Source of the DNA: Longimicrobiales bacterium
GTDB taxonomy: Bacteria; Gemmatimonadota; Gemmatimonadetes; Longimicrobiales; Gaopeijiaceae
Assembly: GCA_965249725.1 (NCBI GenBank)
Contig: OZ252251.1
Coordinates: forward strand, 384,001-448,000
Direction: 5' to 3'
Length of the DNA stretch: 64,000 bases
In this document: piece by piece, positions 57,788 to 64,000 of the stretch
Layout: every line of letters begins with the position of its first letter
How positions within the stretch are numbered: position 1 is the stretch's first letter
Notes under the pieces: model-generated
Seen by the model: the letters and a program-made list of their open reading frames with translations, nothing else
Databases searched by the model: none
Told to the model about the DNA's origin: nothing
Position numbers and translations under genes: made by a program

Positions 57788-59386
57788 ATGAGGACGACAA
57801 TCAGATGGACCGCCGCCATAGTGTTCACACTGACCGTCGCGCCGCTCGCGGCGGAGGCGCAGACCTTCAGGACCGACGACCCCGTGCTTCAGAGGATCTG
57901 GAAGTTGGGAATGGAACAGTCCCGTGCATCCGAGCTGGCACAGATTCTCATGGATTCCGTCGGTCCCCGCCTCACCGGATCTCCGGGCCAGCTCGCCGCG
58001 CACGACTGGGCCGCGAAGACCTATGCGTCCTGGGGCATCGAGGCCGAGAACGAGGAGTACGGTACGTGGACCGGGTGGCGGCGCGGCATCCATCACGTGG
58101 ACCTCATCGCGCCTCGCGTGAAGACGCTCATCACCGAGGTGCCTGCCTGGAGCGCCGGGACCGACGGGCCGGTCGAGGCCGAGGTGGTGCTCCTGCCCCG
58201 AGTGTCCCGGGCCTCGGAGTTCGAGGCTTGGCTGCCGCAGGCCCGCGGCAAGTTCGTCGCCATCGTGCCGGCGTTGTTGTCCTGCCGGCCAGACCGGAAC
58301 TTCGATGAGTTTGGCACGCCGGGTGCCTTGGCACGCGCCGACGCAGCTCAGGAAGCCGCGAGCGCAGATTTCAACCGGACTCGAGTGGAGCCCACGGGCC
58401 TGACCATCGATGAAATCCGGGCCCGGTTGGGCGAATCAGGCGCTCGGGGGCTGCTCCAGTCGAGCTGGAGGTATGACGGAACCCTGGGCGTGAGCCGATC
58501 GCGGGTGCGGACCGTTCCGACCATCGATCTGGCCTGCGAGGACTACGGGTTGGTCTATCGTCTCGCGGACAACGGCCAGGGGCCGGTCTTGCGCGCGAAC
58601 ATCGACGTCGAGTTCACCGGAGTGGCCCCCACCTACAACACGATCGCCACCGTGCCGGGCACGACTAATCCGGACGAGTACGTCATGCTCTCGGCCCACT
58701 TCGACTCCTGGGACACGGGGTCGGGTGCCACCGACAACGGGACCGGCACGATCGTGATGATGGAGGCCATGCGCATCCTCGCGGAGGTGTATCCCAACCC
58801 CAAGCGCACGATCATCGCCGGGCATTGGAGCGGCGAGGAGCAGGGCCTGAACGGATCGGAGGCGTGGCGAGAAGATCATCCGGAGGTCGTGCAGGGCATG
58901 CAGGCGCTGTTCAATCAGGACAACGGAACAGGAAGGGTCGTGCGAATCTCGACCCAGGGACTGACCAGGGCCTCGGAGTACTTCGCCCGGTGGCTGACGC
59001 AGGTGCCGGAGTCGATCAGCCGGCACATCACGGTACAGTCTCCGGCCACGCCGGGCACCGGCGGAACGGACAGCAGCTCGTTCATCTGCGCCGGCAGTCC
59101 CGCGTTCAGCCTCAGTGCCATGAGTTGGGACTACGGTGTGTACACCCACCACACCAATCTCGACACCTACGACAAGATCGTGCCGGAGGACCTACGCAAT
59201 AACGCGACCCTGTTCGCCATGCTCGTCTACCTGGCGTCGGAGGATCCGGAGATGGTTGCGCGCGATCGACGGTCGCTTCCGGCCATGGCTCCGGGGCGTG
59301 GTGGGCGGCCGGCACGTGAGGTGACCGAGTGGCCGCAGTGCCGGGAGCCACAGCGCAACGATCCTCAGGCGGGGCTGATTCCCTAG
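57788..59386 (+). CDS. Secreted M28 metallopeptidase (carboxypeptidase Q-like)
   Basis: Signal peptide, GPRLTGS, SAHFDSWD, GATDNGTG, WSGEEQGLNGS, NQDNG, HHTNLDTYD. Confidence 0.93.
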   Translation: MRTTIRWTAAIVFTLTVAPLAAEAQTFRTDDPVLQRIWKLGMEQSRASELAQILMDSVGPRLTGSPGQLAAHDWAAKTYASWGIEAENEEYGTWTGWRRGIHHVDLIAPRVKTLITEVPAWSAGTDGPVEAEVVLLPRVSRASEFEAWLPQARGKFVAIVPALLSCRPDRNFDEFGTPGALARADAAQEAASADFNRTRVEPTGLTIDEIRARLGESGARGLLQSSWRYDGTLGVSRSRVRTVPTIDLACEDYGLVYRLADNGQGPVLRANIDVEFTGVAPTYNTIATVPGTTNPDEYVMLSAHFDSWDTGSGATDNGTGTIVMMEAMRILAEVYPNPKRTIIAGHWSGEEQGLNGSEAWREDHPEVVQGMQALFNQDNGTGRVVRISTQGLTRASEYFARWLTQVPESISRHITVQSPATPGTGGTDSSSFICAGSPAFSLSAMSWDYGVYTHHTNLDTYDKIVPEDLRNNATLFAMLVYLASEDPEMVARDRRSLPAMAPGRGGRPAREVTEWPQCREPQRNDPQAGLIP

Positions 59387-59415
59387 GCCGAGCCGGTCTT
59401 CCTAGCAGGAATGCG

Positions 59416-59461
59416 GCTCCGGGCAGCCCCTGCAGGGAGGCCCGGGGCCGTCGTTTCCTTG
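59416..59461 (+). terminator. Possible intrinsic terminator
   Basis: GGCTCCGGGC...GCCCGGGGCC stem followed by a T-rich tract, downstream of the M28 gene. Confidence 0.4.
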
Positions 59462-59568
59462 TGGTCAAGACACGGGGAGGGCAATCTTACAGTAGTTGGG
59501 GTGAGCGCCCCGCGGTGCTCTCCCCTCAGCCCCGCTATTCCGCGCCTCACCCCCCCCAAATGGGACAC

Positions 59569-61314
59569 ATGCCTTCAGAGCCGACCCGGACGCTCGTGGT
59601 GGAGGACGAACCCTCCTCGCGCCATCTAATCAAGAGCATCCTTCAACTGCGTGGCCACGACGTCGAGGCTTGTGCTGATGCCGAGTCCGCGTGGGAGATC
59701 GCCAAGCGCGACCGATTCGACCTAGCCGTGCTCGATATGCGGTTGCCAGGGATGGACGGTGTGGAACTCTGTCGCCGACTGAGAAAGCTCCCTGAGGGTG
59801 GACAGATGGTCGTGATCTTCGTCACGGCTTCGGATCGCTCGGAGGATCTGGGGAGAGCGCTCGAGGCCGGGGCCGACGACTACGTGCTGAAGCCCATCGT
59901 CGACGCGGACCTCCCGGTGCGTTTTGCCCTCGCCGAGCGGAAGGTCCAATTCCTGTCGGATCGAAAGCGCACCGAGGAGGGACTGCTCAAGGACGCGTTG
60001 CGCGACTCCGTAACGGATCTCGTCAACCGGACGCTCTTCACCGAGCGGCTGCAGCGGATCAGCCGAAGGGCGATCCGGGAGAACGAGAAGCCTGGAACGA
60101 GCGGGTATCTATACGGAGTGCTTTTCGTGAACCTGGACGGATTCGCCCAGGTGAACGTGCGGGTCGGATATGAGGCCGGCGACTCGGTTCTCAACCAGGT
60201 AGGTCACCGCCTAGAGGAGTGCGTCCGCTCTGCCGACACCGTGGCTCGATTCGGGTCGGACGAGTTTGCGATCCTGCTGGACGACATGACCGACGTTAGT
60301 GACCCGACGCGCGTCACTCGGCGTATCGAACAAGCCTTCCACAAGCCGTTCGAGGCCGGCGGAGAGGATGTTCGCCTTACTGCGTGTGTGGGCATCGCGT
60401 TGAGTATCGGTAGGATCGTCGATCCTGCGGAGCTTGTCGACGACGCCAGAAGGGCCTTGCTTCGGGCCAAAGAGGAAGGGCCCGGCTCAGTCATGACCTT
60501 CGACGCAGTCGTACACGCTTGAGCGATCGCCCGATTGCAGCTCGAGTCGCGTCTCAGGGACGCGGTCGAGAACGGGGAGATGGTCCTGCACTATCAGCCC
60601 ATCACGCTCATCGAGACCGGGGTCGTCGCCGGATTCGAGGCGTTGGTCCGGTGGAACGAGCCGGATCGCGGCCTCGTTCAGCCTGAGGAGTTCATTCAGG
60701 TCGCGGAAGACACCGGCGTGATGATCCCCCTCGGACAATGGATCCTGGAAGAGGCGGCACGCCAACTCTCCGAGTGGAGGGAAATGTCGCCCGAGCCCGA
60801 CATGCCGTTTGTCAGCGTGAACGTTTCTGGGCGTCAGTTCATGCTGCCCAACATGGCCGAGCAGATCACCACCCTCATGACCAAGAGAGATCTGCCTCCG
60901 GGCTCCATCCAAGTCGAGATCACCGAGACCGCGCTGATGACGGATCTCGACGCCACCAGGAAGACCATCGACACGCTGAACGAGGCTTCGGTGGAGGTCC
61001 ATGTCGATGACTTCGGCACGGGGTACTCGTCGCTGAGCTACCTGAGCCGACTCCCGATCGCGGGCCTGAAGATCGACCGCTCGTTCGTGAACCAGCTTAC
61101 TCATAGTCGGGAGGACATGGAGGTTGTGCGCACGATCTCCCGTCTAGGCGCCAGCCTGAACTTGAGCGTCATCGCCGAGGGCGTGGAGACGGAGAGGCAG
61201 CTCGAGGAGCTTCGAACTCTCGGTTGTCAGTACGGGCAGGGCTATCTCTTCGGACGTCCACGGCCGGCTACCGCGATCACGCAGTTCCTGCACAGTCTCG
61301 AGGCGACGGACTGA
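59569..61314 (+). pseudogene. REC-GGDEF-EAL c-di-GMP signalling protein interrupted by an in-frame TGA at 60520-60522
   Basis: REC (VVEDE, LDMRLPGMDG, KP), GSDEF, linker VVHA*AIARLQLE, then EAL and DDFGTGYSSL, all in one frame. Confidence 0.8.
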
Positions 61315-61325
61315 AAGGCGTCGCC

Positions 61326-61817
61326 TCAGACCGCCTCTAGCTCGCCTTTGTTCAATGCGAAGAGCTGTGCGGGCGCCTCGCGGCTGAGGGCCACCAGGTG
61401 GTTGGGCGGAACCACCGTCCACTCGGGGTCGGCGGTGAGGCGCTCGGAAGAGACGACCACGGATCCGGACTGCTCGTAGCGCCGCCGTCCGGGTGAGTCC
61501 TTGGCCGCGGGCTGGTAGAGTTCTCGCTGGATGTAGTAGAGGCTCGGTGGATCGTCGTCGCCCGTGATGTACCGCGATATCACGGCCTCCCGTCCGTCGG
61601 AGACGGCCACATTCAGCTTGCTCACTTCGCCGTTGCCATACGTCTTCACCAGCTCGTGTACGCGCGTGATGGCGGCGGCTAGCGATCGGGCGAGGCGGAG
61701 CGACGCATGCCCTTCGTCCGAGCGCTTGAGGAGCTCATCGATGAACAGGGCGAAGAAGTGCTCGGTGTCGGTGCTCCCGAACACGTTGTTGTATGCCGTG
61801 TCGCAAACCGACTCCAT
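61326..61817 (-). pseudogene. Class II glutamine amidotransferase (EgtC/YafJ-like), C-terminal fragment
   Basis: GSTDTEHFFALF, LNVAVSDG, PSLYY, VVVSSERL, WTVVPPNH are present. The N-terminal catalytic Cys half is absent. Confidence 0.7.
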
Positions 61818-61891
61818 GCCTCCGCTAGTAAAGATAGCGGGGGACCGCGGGTGTTTTGCACCCCGTCGTCGGACGCGTTACCCCTGGCGCA

Positions 61892-63157
61892 TCAGGAGAA
61901 CCAAAACGCAACAGGGAGCAAGAAGGCCACGACCGCTGCCCACACGCCGTAGACGGGGAGGTAGCTTGTCACGACCCGCCGCATGTCGGTGAACCCGGCC
62001 CTGCCGCGCACCGTCAGGACGTAGGTCCAGCACATCCACGCGAGGTGCACCATGATGATCAGGTTCGCCCCGAGCACGGTCACTCGGTTCGGTGTGAACC
62101 CGAAGGAGGCCAGCCTGAAGACGATTGCGGAGAGCGCGATCACGTCGATCAGGAGTGTCACGGAGGCGAGCGCGATGTTGATGTAGTCGATCAGCCCCGT
62201 CGGCGAGTCCTTGTCGCGCTCCACGATCGAAAAGACCGTGATCCCGAGTACTACCAGGAGCAGGCCGTTGCAGGTGATCAAGAAGTCACGATCGACCAAG
62301 GGATTCTGGCCGCCTAGAAAGGCCACGATCAGATACGTGGTCGCCATGACCAGGAACAGCGGAGCGAAGACACGCGCAAGCACCGCTGCTATGCCGGTGC
62401 GGCGATTGAACACGGAGTCGTACAGGTAAGTCCCCGCGACCGGCACCGCGGCAGCACCAAGGACTCCCACGTTCTCGAAGTACAACTCCTCGATGTTTTC
62501 AGACACCAACTCGAACAAGGCGACCGTCACGCCACTGAAGACGAGTCCGCCAAGCGCTACCAGACTCGCGAGGACGACGAGCTCACCGTTGTAGCGGACG
62601 AAGAGGATCCGCTGCTCCGTCTCACGCCAGGAGTCGCCGGTGAAGACGAATCCCAAGAGGGCCCAGAACACAACAGGGAGGTGAATCAGGGCCATCACGA
62701 CCGAGTCCGTGTACTCGGGCAGAATGCTCACGTATGCAGCCGCAGCGAGCGTGAGACCAAGTCCGGCTGCAAGACCTCGACGGTCGTGGGTCCCGATCCA
62801 GAAGTAGGCGCTCAGTGATAGCATGACCAACGACGGGCCGAAACGGGGGTAGTACCAGTCTTCCAGGAGAAAGAGGGTTGGGAGCCGGACAAACGCACCG
62901 CAAATCAGTCCGACCGCGATGGCGGCCGCCAACCTCCCACGTCGGTCCGCCCCATGATCCGGTCCCTCGTCCGGCCCCTGGCCTGGCCCCCGGTCCGGTC
63001 CCTCGTATGCGAGGCGAGCTCGCCAAACGCGCAGCACCGGGGAGTCGGGTGCTACCCGGAAGGCCTCTTCGAGTGAGCTACGGAAGGACTCCGGATCCTG
63101 CCGATAGAGCGCCTCCAGCCCTTCGGGATCATCCAGAAGCTCTCGAATTCGGCTCAT
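61892..63157 (-). CDS. DUF4153-like polytopic membrane protein
   Basis: DDPEGLEALYRQD, MALIHLP, FVRYNGEL, RVFAPL, RLASFGFTPNRVTVLGAN. ATG 63157 overlaps the upstream gene's stop. Confidence 0.75.
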   Translation of the reverse strand: MSRIRELLDDPEGLEALYRQDPESFRSSLEEAFRVAPDSPVLRVWRARLAYEGPDRGPGQGPDEGPDHGADRRGRLAAAIAVGLICGAFVRLPTLFLLEDWYYPRFGPSLVMLSLSAYFWIGTHDRRGLAAGLGLTLAAAAYVSILPEYTDSVVMALIHLPVVFWALLGFVFTGDSWRETEQRILFVRYNGELVVLASLVALGGLVFSGVTVALFELVSENIEELYFENVGVLGAAAVPVAGTYLYDSVFNRRTGIAAVLARVFAPLFLVMATTYLIVAFLGGQNPLVDRDFLITCNGLLLVVLGITVFSIVERDKDSPTGLIDYINIALASVTLLIDVIALSAIVFRLASFGFTPNRVTVLGANLIIMVHLAWMCWTYVLTVRGRAGFTDMRRVVTSYLPVYGVWAAVVAFLLPVAFWFS

Positions 63158-63621
63158 GGTCCATCCTGTCCCTCGCCCAGGCTGCGCGGTTCGTCGCCGG
63201 ACTCGAGCGCGGGCCCGGCTCTTCGGGCGAGCATCAGGGTCGCTGTGGCCGATCCGCCACCCAAGAATACGAAGATCGCCGCGTTGCCCATGGCGGTCCT
63301 GAGGGTCCAGGCGTCGGCGGCGTTGATGGCAAGAACCCCGAAGAGAAGCAGGCCGGCTCCAGCACCCAGCGCGGCGAAGAGGGGGAGCGAGAGCCTGTCG
63401 AACGAGCCGCCCCGCCTGGTCAGCGCGAGAACACCAGAGAAGGCCACACCCATCGGAAAGGCCCAGATCGAGCTTGCGACGACCAGCCGGATCATCTCTG
63501 GATCGCGCCCAAGAAGTAGCCACGGAATCACGGCAACCAGCGAAGCGACCACGCCGACCCCCACGGAGAATGTCAGTCCCATACCGAGCATCCCACGAAG
63601 AACTCTCAGCCAACGGGGCAT
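63154..63621 (-). CDS. Hypothetical 4-TM membrane protein
   Basis: MPRWLRVLRGMLGMGLTF.., four hydrophobic segments, preceded by GGAGG. Confidence 0.75.
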   Translation of the reverse strand: MPRWLRVLRGMLGMGLTFSVGVGVVASLVAVIPWLLLGRDPEMIRLVVASSIWAFPMGVAFSGVLALTRRGGSFDRLSLPLFAALGAGAGLLLFGVLAINAADAWTLRTAMGNAAIFVFLGGGSATATLMLARRAGPALESGDEPRSLGEGQDGP

Positions 63622-63645
63622 AAAGCGGCCTCCATATGCGGTGAC

Positions 63646-63687
63646 ACTTTGTGCTGCAAAGTACGCTGATCGACGGAGTCGTGTCAA
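63646..63687 (-). promoter_or_regulatory. sigma70-like promoter with a palindromic operator over -10
   Basis: TTGACA (63687-63682)-18 nt-TACTTT (63663-63658), with inverted repeat ACTTTG-N5-CAAAGT at 63646-63662. Confidence 0.6.
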
Positions 63688-63815
63688 CGATGGCCCGCCG
63701 TCCTGTCGGCGAGCCCTTTGGCGCTCGCCCACACTTCAGCAGTTCGTCCTATCCGTGTCAACTAGTGCGGACATGCCGGGGCCTTCCCGCCCGCCCCGGC
63801 CATCGGACCATCGCT

Positions 63816-64000
63816 TCAAAGGCTCCAGCGACGAGCCCAGCCGAGGCCCACGAAGAAGTCTCCCGACTCGATGTCGACCCCTCCAGTCAGGTCCCACTGT
63901 GTGTCCGGGTTCGGGAGCCACGTGATTCCACCTTCCACCAGGTGCTGGTCCCCCGAGAGATCGTCCGTCGACTGCTGATCCAGCACATCGAGGTCGTCGG
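63816..64000 (-). CDS. C-terminal end of a putative outer-membrane transporter (MetA-pathway phenol degradation-like barrel); partial
   Basis: My translation: ...HLVEGGITWLPNPDTQWDLTGGVDIESGDFFVGLGWARRWSL*. Confidence 0.6.
   Translation of the reverse strand, partial: DDLDVLDQQSTDDLSGDQHLVEGGITWLPNPDTQWDLTGGVDIESGDFFVGLGWARRWSL

Noticed and set aside
60520..60522. Second selenocysteine codon
   Set aside because: The position is a helical linker where Arg is expected, not a redox Cys, and I saw no convincing SECIS-like hairpin. A CGA-to-TGA change is simpler.
61892..63613. 573-aa ORF as listed in the track
   Set aside because: Its first ~150 codons overlap a better-supported membrane-protein gene in another frame. 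The true start is likely ATG 63157.

Overview
High-GC bacterial chromosomal window. The gene repertoire (VPS10/BNR protein, DUF5916 barrels, ADOP-type permease, M28 peptidase) suggests Gemmatimonadota, which is an inference. I found no rRNA, tRNA, CRISPR array, transposase or integrase. In order, the window holds: a partial VPS10/BNR secreted protein, a DEDDh exonuclease, a quinone oxidoreductase and sucA; a coupled pgeF / small Cys4 protein / OsmC-family trio; a glycosyltransferase trio; an alpha/beta hydrolase with a YhaN/YhaO-like SMC-ATPase/nuclease pair; a large NAD-glutamate dehydrogenase; a FimT/PilV/PilW/PilX-like minor pilin cluster; CesT-like, DUF4956 and CotH-like genes; an orphan metabolic cluster (M19 dipeptidase, MATE/ANKH-like transporter, RraA, class V aminotransferase, LeuC/LeuD-type hydro-lyase); an FG-GAP lipoprotein; a 3-keto-glycoside-type sugar operon; four tandem CBM9-like/DUF5916 genes; a DAACS symporter, an M28 peptidase, a REC-GGDEF-EAL gene and membrane proteins. 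The best hidden signal is the OsmC gene, split in the ORF track, which has an in-frame UGA at its redox-Cys position followed by a bacterial SECIS-like hairpin, so it is probably a selenoprotein. Other notable patterns are many 12-18 bp tandem repeats at gene ends and junctions, and a cluster of broken genes between 53 and 62 kb. All family calls come from motif recognition by eye, not from database searches.
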